Position numbers and translations under genes: made by a program. Below are positions 35,083-47,959 of a DNA stretch of 64,000 nucleotides, in pieces. The notes below the pieces were generated by a model. It was not told the origin of the DNA. It ran no database searches and saw only the letters and a list, made by a program, of their open reading frames with translations. Every line of letters starts with the position of its first letter. The first letter of the stretch is position 1. Origin of the DNA: Antedon mediterranea (Eukaryota > Animalia > Echinodermata); contig NC_092675.1 in the NCBI RefSeq assembly GCF_964355755.1, forward strand, positions 11,465,812 through 11,529,811, written 5' to 3'.

Positions 35083-38000
35083 AAATATAAAACATAAGTG
35101 ACACAGTTGTCTCATAGTGCTTAATAGAAGTGAGTCATCAGGAAGTCGTATACAATAGCCTATTGTTTTAGATAAACTATTTGGATCTGCAATTTAGTAA
35201 GAATTTTTTCCTATGTCTACAAGTAGAGACTAACTCGTTCTTACGGTTCAGTGAGCATAGCTCTGGTTGACATATAATAATATACTTTTCATATACAGTC
35301 AACTCTCCCAATACCGGACACCCTTGGGCGGGCATATATTTTCCGGTTTTTCGAAAGTCCGGTTTCCTGAAAATATATTTTTAAAGTCATCACGTTGTCA
35401 CCGAATGCTGCCCGGTACGGTCTCCTAGCGTAGGGAAGGCCTAGGCTAGGCTATGATTGTGTCAATCTAGTTTTAATTAAATAAATACTGATAGGCCTAG
35501 GCCTACTTTATTAATATTAAGCTACAGTAATTCAATTTACCTTTTTTAAAAGTTACATTATTTACTGTACCAATAAAACATGTTACAAAAGTAAATTATT
35601 GTTTCTCAATGTGTTTTTAACGGCAAAAAGGCCTACGTACGTACGTACGGTGAACATAATTTCGGTCTGTTTATTGTTTTTCGTGAGCTAGCTAGCAGCA
35701 GCAGCATGGGTGAAGGGCTTTGATTGATGCGCATGTGCAGAGGTGTCATAATCAAATAAAAACGCCCACACCTAGACCACATGTTTTTTAAGCTCCTTTA
35801 TTTTGACGTAATTTGATAGCAATGATGAAAATTGATTAGGTAAACGAGCCAAGCAATAGTGACACAATAATTAATTGGTAACATTTCAAAGTTTATTAAC
35901 ACTAGTTAAGTCAAGTTCATTCCGTTTATGTTTTGCCATAATGATTTCCAAATTTTATAATGATGCACATTTTTAGTCCCGTTTTTAGTGAAACATTTAA
36001 AGTCCTATTGCAATTGTGAATTTAACAATAATTTAAACAAAACAAAGACACAGGAATGTAAATTTAACTTTATTAAAAAACAATTCATATGCTAAAAAAC
36101 AGGGAGTTGTTAACAACTCCCTGCTAAAAACAATAGAGACATAGCGCTTCGATGTGAAAAAGCCCACCGCAGTTCGATACGCAACAAAGCAATTGCCGCC
36201 TCGTGGGTTAACAATGAACTGACCTGTCAATCACAGTGTAGTGCTCCATGGCAACATTATTTGATCGTACCGCGAAACGTCGCGCACTTCATGCATGGTG
36301 AGGGTATGGTTAAAAGCTTTTGTACATTGTGAATGTAGTGAATCCGAGTCAGCGACGACGATGTTACGTTGTTTTCGTAAATATTTGGAGTTTTTTAACC
36401 GTCAGTCCGGTTTTCAGACGCTAATTTTCGTGTTTTGTACTTCATAATTTGTCCGGATTCCGGAATTGGGTATTCCGGTGTTCATAATAAATTACAGTAC
36501 ATTTAGAATAGGGACAAATTGGGCCCTCCAAAAAAGTCCGGTTTTTCGTGAATTCCGGTTTTGGGAGAGTCCGGTATTGGGAGAGTTGACTGTATACATA
36601 AATTACATCTTTTGTTAATATTTGAGTAAGGTTTGCATTTCTTTATAATTTTCCATTTAATTGAGTAGTTTGTTTTAGAGTCTTTAAGTGTCCATATATA
36701 TTTACTGAGTTCCGTTGCGTTTCTTAGTTTTTCGTTCCGGAATGAAGACGTATGGTTTCTGTATCTGGTTTTAAACTGGTTTTCAGTTAGTCCGACATAT
36801 GTTTCTTCTTTTGATGAATCTTCTCTCTTTACTGTAGCTTGGTAAACTACGCCTTTTGTTAGGCAGTTACCTGGGAGCGGGCATTCATTGGGATTGCGGC
36901 AGTTACATCCGCTTGTTTTCGCGTTGGTTTTCGTAGACTTTTCTTTGGCTATCACATATTTGTTGTGTGCGTTAATTACTTTGTCTACGCTGGGCATGCA
37001 ACTGTAGCTTAGTTTCAAGGTATTTCTGTTAAATATTTTTCTGAGTTTCTTGCCGGCAGGAAAACAATCTTCTACTATAGCTAAAAACTTGTGGCCGATG
37101 TTGGTTGCTACGTTTTTGCTGAATGGTGGGTTAAACCAAATTATGTTTCTGGTACGTGAATTTTTGGGCTTCTGCTGTTCAGCATTGAACTCAAGTTGAT
37201 GATTGTATCCGCTTTCTTTGAGGGCTTCCTGGTATATGGGTGCAGATGCGTGAAATGTATCTTTGTCTGATGAGATGTCAGAAAGGCGTCTATTTATAGC
37301 AAGTGGGATGTTGCGGATGATAGATGGAGGATGGTTGCTGTCATGGTGCACGTAGGTTGGTTTGTTATTAGGCTTAGTGAAAGGTCGTAAGATCCCTGTC
37401 ATTAGGTCGAACGTTACATCCAAATAATTGACTATTTTCTTGTTAGCATCAATTGTTAGCTTGAGGTTGTTCTCCTGGAAAACCTTACAAATATCTTTCT
37501 TGATTAGCTCAATCGTTTTGGCTGATTCGCGAAACGCAGCTAGGCCATCGTCGCGGTATAGACCAATTTGGTTGCCATATTTGTTAGACAGTTGCGACAA
37601 AAGATATGTACCTACGATTTCACAGGTTTCAGCACCGTCAAAGCTTCCCATTGTGACGTCAAACACAGGTTGGTTTTCAGTTCCTTTTTTGCACCATGTA
37701 GCGTTATCATGGAAAAGGAGTGACTTTTTTGCTTGGATAATAATATTTGTTTCTTCATCGGAGATTGCTTCAAACTCGGAGGCGAATTCAAGGGCTTTTT
37801 TAAGTAGGTCGATGGTTATTGACGGGTAGAAATCAACTATGTCGAAGCAAATAAACGAGTGCTTCTCCTTGTTTTGAATGTTCTTATACCATTCGATAAC
37901 AGAATTAGTGTTCTTCCATTGATTTAATCCTGTAGACGCTATTATTTTCTTATTTATTCTTTCAAGAATTTGTTTACTTACGATGCCAATTTCTGATTTC

Positions 38001-38160
38001 GATGGGTTGATCAATCTACATGTCGGGTTGTTCTCGAAGTTGGGTTTGTGGTCTTTTAGTGTTATAAAAGCTTCCTTCTCGGCTCAACGTTCGATTCTGC
38101 TTTCCAATTTTAGTTTTGCGGCGGTTTCATATTCATCTTTGGCTAATTTTGAAGTTGTGC
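35083..38160 (-). mobile_element. Penelope-like retroelement, same family as 6423; long intact RT+GIY-YIG frame interrupted near the C-terminus by a MITE
   Basis: ORF 36503..38014 (genuine to ...KRCNLCI at 36593); remainder YEKYIIICQPELCSLNRKNELVSTCRH below 35295. Confidence 0.92.
35296..36592. mobile_element. Tc1/mariner (pogo-like) MITE
   Basis: 24-bp TIR CAGTCAACTCTCCCAATACCGGAC, TA TSD, tccggtttt subterminal repeats. Confidence 0.85.
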
Positions 38161-38470
38161 TTTTATATATATATATACATAGTACGAACAATATTAACTG
38201 GAAATAAATTGTTTAAGTTCACGTTTAAAGGAAATAACATTTTCAGATTGTCGAATGATTTTAGGAATCATATTAAAATACATAGGCGCTTTATAACTGA
38301 AACATTGTTTAAAAATCTCTAAAGAAGGTCGAGGAATAATATAATAACAATTAGAGATGGATCTGGTAAATAGGTCAAAGATAAAGCATAATTGTAAACA
38401 TTTTGACAGTAACTTGGATGGTATTTTCACTCTTAATAATTTATATAGCTTGCGTCCCTTTTCCTTTTAG

Positions 38471-38604
38471 TAATTCAATTATACAACGATATGTTGGTGC
38501 CTTAAACTTCCGGGAGCATGTTCGTAGCACGCTGACAGAGTGTGGAACGTTTGTCATATCAGGAAGCGAGGATTGTCAAGCTTACGTATGGAACACAGAT
38601 ACAG
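38471..38604 (+). CDS. AHI1: AHI1 exon (NSIIQRYVGALNFREHVRSTLTECGTFVISGSEDCQAYVWNTDT)
   Basis: ttttag acceptor, gtatct donor; in ORF 38403..38642. Confidence 0.92.
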
Positions 38605-38917
38605 GTATCTATATATGTTTAATTCTGAGATTGAAAGTATAATGAATAGAAATTTTTATAGAATAGCTACAGTACCTTTTCTATCTCAGATGTAACATAA
38701 ATTGTTCTGGGTGTGACATCACTTTGGTGTCGAGTATCAAAGTATTTTGCACTCTATCTAGCAAAATTAACTGTTGGTGGTGACATTCAATTTCAAAATT
38801 GCTTTTTTGATAAAAAATCAAATCAGTTGGATGATATCCTCTAGCAATAGTTAGCATTGTGTAATGTGTATTTTTATAGTTTGAAAGGCAAACAATTATT
38901 TTGTTTTTTGTCAAAAG

Positions 38918-39058
38918 GTGATCAAGTTGCATCTTATAGTACACTAGGCTACCATCATCCAGTGTGTGATGTTGATTACCATCCCTATGATCACATCCTG
39001 GCTGTATGTGCCTATGGAGAAAGTCATTCTGTTAAAATCTACTGCTATGATGCCAAAA
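38918..39058 (+). CDS. AHI1: AHI1 exon (GDQVASYSTLGYHHPVCDVDYHPYDHILAVCAYGESHSVKIYCYDAK)
   Basis: aag acceptor, gtaaga donor; in ORF 38857..39078; last WD40. Confidence 0.9.
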
Positions 39059-39694
39059 GTAAGATTTGTTTACTTTGAACTATTGTGTCTATAAATACAT
39101 TGATAGCGTCACAGCAAACTTTATGTTTAAAGTGTCACTCATTTATTCTAGATATAGTTATTACCAGAACAAACTTTATTTAACCAAACGTTATGTGAGA
39201 TAAAGGTCACAGAACATTCTTGTGGATTTCATGAAGGTATACTTATTTTAATAAATTGTATCTCAATTTATAGACATAAGCATGATTAACAGAGACATTG
39301 GGTGAGTGAGCACGTACAACTTTTTTGCTCTCGATTTTCACCTTTCAAAGAGACATTTATCTTTGTTTTTTCCCGATTGTATCATTATCATCGTAAATAG
39401 CATCTAGGACTTATCATGTAAACTTTTAAAGATGATGGTCAATGCTCTGTCGGTGTAAATAAGCAGTGAGTATTTTACCCCCATGATACCGCATCTATTG
39501 CCATTGGCTCGCCGTTGAAAGCACTGCAAGGTTAACTATTACTGTGCTAGCCATATGCAAATCAAAATCCTTCAATAAGGTTTCCAAACATCTGCGTCAC
39601 TTATGCAAATTAGTAAATTTGGCCGAAATTACCAGCTGTGATTGTGACCTGATATGTAAAACAGTGGTGGTACTGTATAAAAGCAAGTGTAATC

Positions 39695-40187
39695 ATGGCC
39701 CCGAAGTTAGATGTTGATAAGCTGAAGAAAGACTTGCTTCAGGAGCTGACTACTTCTATTACTGAGACATTAAACAAAGCATTTGATAAGCTGCAGGAGC
39801 AAATCAGTAATATTGAAACCAGATTGGACTATTTAGAACAATATTCACGTCGCAATAACCTTAGATTCTACGGTTTACAGGACTCGACAAAGTCAACTGA
39901 TGATTTGGTGGCGGAGGTTATTCGCGACAATCATTGTTCGGTTCAATTCAATCAGGACCCGTAACAATGTGTTTGCAGCCAAATCCAAACTGAAGGGTAT
40001 GCCGGTTTATATCTCGGAAGACTTAACAAAAGCAAATTTCAATCTCTTTTGGAAGGTAAGACACCATGATGGAGTTCAACGTGCCTGGACTAACAGATGC
40101 AAGATATGGGCCCTGTGTAAAGGTGAAGAAAAACCCAAGCATATCAAGAATGAAAATGATTTTGAACGACTGATTGCTGAACATTAA
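39695..40187 (+). pseudogene. LINE ORF1 (coiled coil + LEQYSRRNNLRFYG + IIVRF..ISEDLT), frameshifted
   Basis: Overlapping ORFs 39695..39964 and 39900..40187. Confidence 0.8.
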
Positions 40188-40404
40188 GAACGTTTAGACT
40201 GTGCGGTGTCATTAACAGTTCGTTTCTTACCGACGGAATGTGACCATTATTTGTTGATTTTAGATAGCAAAAACGTGTTCTCTTGTTTTTATTTCAATGT
40301 TTACTATGTTCGTTTGGCTAAGTGTTCTCATATGTGCTAGCGTTTTTAAAGTGAGTACTTTACTTATTTTTTTTACTGATAATGGATAATTTATTTATCA
40401 TAAA

Positions 40405-43400
40405 TTGGGGCGTAATAATGTTGCTATCAAATTAAGTATTCTAATGTGCATGCTTTTATTGTGCGGCGATATACATCCAAATCCTGGTCCGGAACAGTTT
40501 ACAGTTTGCCATATTAACATACGTAGTCTAATCGTTCCAGGTAAACTAGCTGAAATTCAACACCTAGCAAATTTAAATAACTATGATATTATTGCTTTAA
40601 CAGAAACATGGCTAGATCAAACTATCTTGAACCATGACATTTTACTAGACGGTTATCAAGAACCTATTAGAAATGATAGAAACCGCCATGGCGGCGGATG
40701 TGCTCTTTACATATCTAATTCTATACACTTAGTTGATTCCCATATTTGTAATGATCTCTTGTCAGATGTGATAAGGTGTGAAATACAAGTTTCAAACTGG
40801 ACGATTTTGACTTATGTATGTTATAGGCCACCACAAAGTGATGTTCAATCTGATCAGGATCTACTTGACTATTTTCAAAACAGTACTAATAACTTTGTTT
40901 TGTCTCGACACAGCTTAACTTTAATGATGGGCGATATGAATGCTCAAAATAACAACTGGTACAATGATGGAAACACAAATAGATTTGGAAAATCATTTTA
41001 CGAATTTTTACAACAAAACGGTTTAACTCAACACATCAATATGCCAACACGCTGTATAAAAGACCAACGGTCTTGTATTGACCATATAGTTACTAGTCAA
41101 AATGTATATATTAATGATTTTGGTGCATTGTGCCCACTTTTAAATTGTGATCACAGTCCAGTATATGCAAATATTGATATTCGTATCACACGGACAAGCC
41201 ATACAATCGTAAAATATATCTTTTTGAAAAAACTGATTTTAATTTATATCGTAATGCTCTTAATTCTGTAAATTGGGAAGAAGTTTATTCATCTTCAAAG
41301 GTTGAAGATGTTTGTCATAATTGGATTGACTTATTTAATAATTGTGTTGATAACTATATTATATCTAAAATTATAACTGTGCGTCCTAATGACAAGCCTT
41401 GGATTAATGCTCATATTAGAACTCTTATTCGCAAAAGAAATCGCGCCCATTCCACTCGAAATAACTCAAATTCGCATATGCAACGTTTTAAGAAAATTCG
41501 CGCAAAAGTTGTTAAAGCAATAAGAAAAGCTAAACAAACTTTTTTGGATAAACAATTTGATTTATTAATGAATAAAAACTGTGATTCAAAAACTTGGTGG
41601 TCTACCATAAATTCAGTTTGTAATTCCAAACAATATTATAAGGTTCCTCCAATCAAATTAAACGATGATGTCCTAACTTTAAATAGTGAGAAAGTTAAAG
41701 CGTTTAACAATTATTTTAAATCTCAATCGTTTATTCCTAATCATGATGATTTTCCTTCGGACTTCACATATAGAACTGCATCGAGACTCTCAACTCTCAA
41801 ATTATCTGTTGATGAGATCATGAAATTATTAACTATGCTGGATAAAAACAAGGCGATGGGACCTGATGAAATTCACAGTATCATACTAAAAGAATCTGCT
41901 GAAATTATTGCACCCCATTTGACAAAGCTTTATAACTTCTGCATAAGCCAAGGATATTTTCCTGTGGAATGGAAAAAATCAAATGTCATTCCTCTGCATA
42001 AAAAAGGCAATAAATCCCTTATTGAGAACTACCGCCCTATATCCATACTTTCCAACTTTGCAAAAATTTTTGAGCGTGCAGTTTTTGATATAGTATATAA
42101 ATACTTTGTGGATAATAAACTTCTTACTCAATTCCAATCTGGTTTTACACCAGGTGACTCGACAACGTATCAACTTCTTTATCTTATAGATACATTTAAT
42201 AGAGCTTTAGATTTAAGGAAAGAAGTAATCTCGGTATTTTTGGATATTTCCAAAGCCTTCGATAAAGTTTGGCATAATGGGATTATATACAAATTAAATC
42301 AATATGGAATTAATGGCACTCTTCTAAAATGGTTCCAAAGTTACTTAAACTCACGTGAGCAACGTGTTATTATTGAAGGAACTACCAGTCCTTGGGTGAC
42401 CATTACAGCAGGAGTACCCCAAGGATCTGTTTTGGGTCCATTTTTATTTATTGTATTCATAAATGATATGGTTGATAATATCAAATCTAATATTAGTTTA
42501 TATGCAGATGATACTTCGTTATATGATATTTGTACAGATCGTAATATTTCAGAACAAAAATTAAATGGTGATCTTAATGTCATTTATAATTGGGCAAAAA
42601 AATGGAAAGTAACATTCAATGCTAACAAAACGAAAGCTATACTGTTTACACGTAAACATTTAGATAACTATGTTAGTTTAAATTTCAATAATGTAAATCT
42701 ACAATTTGTAAATGATCATAGGCATCTTGGTGTAATGCTTAATGCAAAACTCAAGTGGGATTCCCATATCCAATCTGTAATTAACAAAGCGTCTTTATCT
42801 TTAAATATGCTACGTCGTGTCAAACATATTCTACCTCGACAGGCTCTCTGTCACATTTACATATCACACGTTAGACCATTAATGGAATATGCAGCTCCTG
42901 TTTGGTGTAATATTCCAGATAAATTAAGTGATGAACTAGAAAATATCCAGATTTCTGCAGGTAGAATATGTACTGGTGCGTGGAAACATACAAGTCATAA
43001 TGCATTAAGACAAGAATTAGGCTGGTTATCATTGAAAAAACGTAGACAATTTCTTAACCTAATACTGTTTTTTAAAATTATTCATAAGTTAACACCAGTG
43101 TATCTTTACTCCTTATTTAATTTTTCTGACAATATTGAAGTTTATAACTTGCGCAACATCCGAAATATAATAATTCCATTTTGTAAGACCACATCATATC
43201 GTTTATCTTTTGTCCCATCTATTATAACACATTGGAATGAGTTAAATAATGAAATAAAAAATTCCTCATTTCTTGTTGAGTTTAAAAAATTGCTACTGAA
43301 ATCAAATTTGTTTGAAACAAAAAAACGTTCTTATTATGATACAGGTGATAAGAAGATTAACCAAATTCACACTAGAATCCGACTTGGTTTCAGCTGTCTC

Positions 43401-43550
43401 AATTCACATTTATTCTTACATGGACTTCGGGACAATCCAAATTGTACTTGTGGCTTTAATGTTGAGAATCCGCTTCATTTCTTATGTTACTGCCCTAATT
43501 ATAATACACAAAGAGATATTCTACTAACTCAATTATTGAGGATATCTTAG
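40405..43550 (+). pseudogene. LINE ORF2: 2A-like N-terminus, APE endonuclease, RT (YADD), C-terminal CxC..H..C; one frameshift near 41190
   Basis: ORFs 40405..41271 (LTETWL, YRPP, MGDMN, DHSPV) and 41379..43550 (GVPQGSVLGP, YADD). Confidence 0.9.
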
Positions 43551-43793
43551 CCAAGGATTTTTCTTTAACATTTAATTTTACATTTTTAAGTGAAATTTTT
43601 ATTTTTGGTTCCGATCTTCTTTCGAATTGTGAAAATGCTTTATTATTTTATTATGTACAACAATTTCTTGTTAATTCTGGAAGATTTAATTGATGTTTCT
43701 GTTAGTTGTTTTAAAATGTTGTATTTGTTAATCTGAGGCGCCTTGAAGCTAAGATGGTTCCATCTTGTAAGGCGCCTCTGTGTAATATACTGA

Positions 43794-43825
<32 letters not shown>

Positions 43826-43916
43826 CATGATTATTATAGAACAAATTTACATAAATGAAAGTTAATGTTCATAACCAAGTAATGCATTTCTTATGATTGC
43901 TTTTTTTTCTTCTAAG

Positions 43917-44098
43917 TTGCTCAACTTGATTTAGGCCTCCAGTCACGACCTCTGCAAGCCTGGCAGGGTGACAGTAATGAACAGGCCAAGGAAAGCCTGA
44001 CTATCCTTCTTCAGACAAAACAGAATGTCACTATCTCGCAAGATACTGTCAAATCTGAGAAACTTGAAAGGGCCATTAGAAAGCTATCAACAGTTATG
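43917..44098 (+). CDS. AHI1: AHI1 exon (IAQLDLGLQSRPLQ...ERAIRKLSTVM)
   Basis: ctaag acceptor after a pyrimidine tract, gtatgc donor; phase 1-0 continues from 39058; IAQ resembles vertebrate VAQ after the WD40s. Confidence 0.8.
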
Positions 44099-46626
44099 GT
44101 ATGCAACCTTTTGTATTTAAATTTGATATATAATAAAGTGGTTTACATATTGCATAATAATCACATTTGTACATTCCTATGTCAAACATTCAATGCACAG
44201 GAGCTGTTTCGGGTTGCTTACACATTGCATTTTGTAATCACATTTGTATAATATCCTACAGTATACAAACAGTGTTCCATCATGATGTGTCCATCTTAAT
44301 TCTGTTAAATCACAATACATATAGGCTAGGCAATCTATCTAAAAAAACAGCCCAAATTGAAACAAATTGCAAACAGAGAATTTTCTTTTTTAAATGGCCA
44401 CATATGACGAAGAGATCAAAATTTGAGCACTGTCACTTATTCCGTTGACATGCAAATTAGTTTAAATATGCAAATTAGGGTGAAATTACAGAGTTACCAT
44501 ATCTAAAAAACTACTAGTCAGAGAGAGTTGATTTTTTCACTGATTTATTCAGAATGTATATTATATTTGCTCTAATTTAACACTCAATGTTTGCATTGCA
44601 TAATGTGACTTTGGTTTTCCCTCATGACTCAGATATAGGTTCCTAATAGTCAACACAAAGGATTGTTAAATCTCAAAATCACACCTGTATCACTCACCTC
44701 GCAAATATGCAAATTAGTAGTACAAGTTACATGAAATATGCAAATTAGGGGTGAAATTACAGGTTCCCATATATCGAAAACCGATAAGGCTAAAGGGTTT
44801 TTCCAGAAACTTGTTCAGAATGTACATATTTATATTTGCTTTAATGAAACATTTTACGAAGAAATGACCGGAAGTAGGACATTTGACCCTTGGTAGGGAC
44901 TGGCATATGTTTTTCAATTTATCTTTCTGCATTTGAATAGTGTTCAGTTTGAAAGAGTATATAATCGTAAGCATTTTAAACTTTAAATCAACAAAATTGA
45001 TTGAGTATTTCGAAAGTTATGAATAAAATAAGGTGTAAAAATTTGGCACCATCACTATCCTTTGTTTACATAGGAATCCCCACCCCGCGTTTGTGACCTT
45101 GTACACAAATAGTCACTGGGTGAAAATACTACTAAAACACATATAAATACATTTTATGAACATATTTTTAATTAGAAAGTTGATGGTGACAAATATATAT
45201 TTGCATAGTACCACATTTTGTTTGGAAATTGTGTCAAAATCACAAAAATAAGATAGAAAGTACTTATTTTATGTTTACCCTCTCCCCGGACTGCGCGAAT
45301 GTCCCGGAGGAATACCCCCACCTCAGCCAGGCTGTGTGATGACGTCATCAGGCACTTCGCGGCCTAGAATTGCTTACTCACCTAGCATCAGGTGATTAAA
45401 AACCTTTTGTGATCCAATATAGGTGATATTTATGTAAAACCAAAGGCGTACACTGTTAAAATATAAATATATCTAAAATATATAAGCAAAATCCCAAAAT
45501 ATTAGGCATGTTTTCGATTTTTTCTGATTTTACTAACATTTCGAGCCCAAAATAAAATGTCATCGCGAAGACATGTGGGCAAAGGAATTTCAAATTTTTC
45601 ATCGGAATTTTCCGGAAAAGATCGTACAGTCATTCGTTTTTTCTGAATAGCCAATCAGAGTTCGTAAATTCATGCGCAAGTTGACCCCTTTTTAACAGGT
45701 TAAGGGTCACACTTGTCTATTCCCTAAAGATGTCTGCTGCCCTCTAGCGGTTTTGCTAGTCGCTACCCTTGGCCCCATTTCTCAATATTTGCATATAATG
45801 TAACTAAAGTGTCTGTACATACTTGTTTTGGCCTAAGCGTTCCAACGATATGACCATTTTGTTTTCAATGGGTCAACATTTTCAAATTGAGGTCAGAGGT
45901 CAAAGATGAATTTTAGAAATTTGACAACAACAGCATGCTTCAAATATTAATAAAACACAATGTTAACACTTTACCCATGATTTGCACTTGAAAATACATG
46001 GGAACTGGAGTATGTGAAGTAATTTAAAATAAAATTGTACAGTATTCAAGATTTTGCCATGATTTTGGAAGAAGTTGCTAGGAATTCACTCCTGTATCAA
46101 AACTGTGTATGTACCATTCAAAATCATTCATACATGTTCCGACAAAAAATACAAACTTATACTTTCTGCTTGGCTTATCATATTTTGCAGGGTAACCCAG
46201 ACAACATGTATTAGGATAAAAAAAGTCAATTTCAGAAGAAAAAAAATGACAATGTTTTGATAGAATACAGTACCAGCATTATAAATTTTGCTTAATTCTG
46301 AGATAGGCATGCACAACATAAAAACTGTTTCACACACTCAGTTATGATCACCTTAGAAAATCTATATGATATTGTTCCATATTTGTCTATTAGAACGACA
46401 ACTTAAATTAAGGGTTTTTGATCTAAATTTGTGGACTTGTATAGAGTAGCAGCGACATTTCTTAATACTAACTGTACCTGGATGAATGTTTGCCATTGGT
46501 GAAAGCATTTGATTTGAAAATGTTAACAAAATGTGAATACAGTACATTGCAAAATAATAATAAACGGTTAAATGAATGTGATAGTAATATCAGGTGAAAA
46601 TATCTATAAATCAGTCTTTATTCTTA

Positions 46627-46810
46627 GGGCCAATTTACACAGACAAGCGGTAACGGTAATAAAAATATATAATCTTTTATTCCATATAACCATTTACACA
46701 CAACGTGGAGCGGATGGGTGGTTTCCGCTTTGGATATTTACAGACTCCATGTGGTATACAAGCTACGTGGATTTCCGCTTACTGTTGCCGCTCCTTTGTG
46801 TAAATTGATC
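46627..46810. mobile_element. Harbinger-like MITE
   Basis: TTA-GGGCCAATTTACAC ... GTGTAAATTGATC degenerate TIRs with internal aagcgg/ccgctt mirrors. Confidence 0.45.
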
Positions 46811-47228
46811 AAAAACACAGAAACTGAGATAAGCAAATTTATTTATAAAATTTACATCATTACAGTGCATTACAATATAAGATAGGCAAATTCTGAAATG
46901 GGCCAAAATGTCACAGACTCAAGTTTACCTGAGACATTAATTATAATTTCTGACAACCATTTGTCTACACATTTTGTTTCAAATACATACTACTAATATA
47001 GTGTCATTTACCACAATGTGCCCCTGAATTTTAACTGAATTTCAATTAGTTATTACAGTAGGGTGAATTAGAACTGTAAGAAAATTTGTTGAGTGTTTTT
47101 GAATCACATAGCAATAACTTGATTATATTCACAATACTATAGATACGTTTGTCACTGCTTGTTTAATCACTTGTCTTTTTCCATATCAATTTATTCTGCA
47201 TGGTGCCTTGCTCTTTCATCAATTCTAG

Positions 47229-47249
47229 GCCTTCTCCGATACTCTGCAG
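47229..47249 (+). CDS. AHI1: Candidate 21-nt AHI1 microexon (AFSDTLQ)
   Basis: ctctttcatcaattctag acceptor, CAG|gtaaat donor, phase 0-0, no stop; no homology support available. Confidence 0.55.
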
Positions 47250-47959
47250 GTAAATGTGCTTTTTATATCATATTGTCTTAATATATATAATGAAAATAAA
47301 TGTTATTATGCTAAAAACAACTACTATATTTTGCATTATTTTTAAGGACAATATACAAATGGTTTGGATGGTGAGATTTCATGAGTTGAAAAATTGACAG
47401 CTCTATTTTTAAACGAGGCCGAGGCGAGTTGATAGTAGAGCAGTCAATTTTTTATCGAATGAAATATTCTCTCAATTTCGAATTCAAAACATTCATTATT
47501 TGTATATAACAATAACATACCTACTTTTATTAAATTTATCCATCGTAAATCATGGACAGAAGCTAGACCATTAAAAAGGCAGTGCCCCAAACTTTGACGC
47601 GCAGTTATAGATTGCACGCACAACAAGTTGATTTCGCCAAATAATCAATGTTCAAAATAAATGTTTATTATGTGCATTAGAATGCATTAATTATCACCAT
47701 TAGATATCACTTTTCTGTTAGGTAAAGCTACTTTCAATTTACATGTGATTAACTACAGAACACTCTAGGAATCACTACACTGGTGTAAACTATTATAAGT
47801 TTAGTGATATGTTGCTGTTTACAACTGTGACCACAGCCCATGCTAAAACCTGAGTTACTGTAGAGTGGCAACCAAAGCACTGAGAATCTATCTTATCTAA
47901 CTTTTAGAAACTTTTTAAGAAGCATGTACATTATAACCTGGTTATAACCTGGTTATAAA

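Larger units (their letters stand above)
34620..38440 (-). mobile_element. 3' end of an L2/CR1-group LINE hosting nested insertions in a (TA)n tract
   Basis: ORF 38194..38430 (FSYKAPMYFNMIPKIIRQSENVISFKRELK) and a (taaa)n tail at 34620-34640 on the minus strand. Confidence 0.6.
39289..43822 (+). mobile_element. Full-length CR1/L2-group LINE with poly(A) tail
   Basis: TSD AAGCATGATTA (39278-39288 / 43823-43833), ORF1 remnants, APE + RT ORF2, ~30-nt poly(A). Confidence 0.92.

Noticed and set aside
36503-36592. C-terminus of the 503-aa ORF (QSTLPIPDSPK...)
   Set aside because: Read-through into the MITE TIR, not Penelope protein.
37428-37829. Antisense ORFs (also 6526-6900, 41411-41629, 42341-42583, 48336-48596)
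   Set aside because: Shadows of RT coding frames on the opposite strand.
44440-44760. ATGCAAAT octamer cluster as a POU enhancer
   Set aside because: Part of a degenerate repeat unit in an unclassified TE fragment; nothing indicates function.
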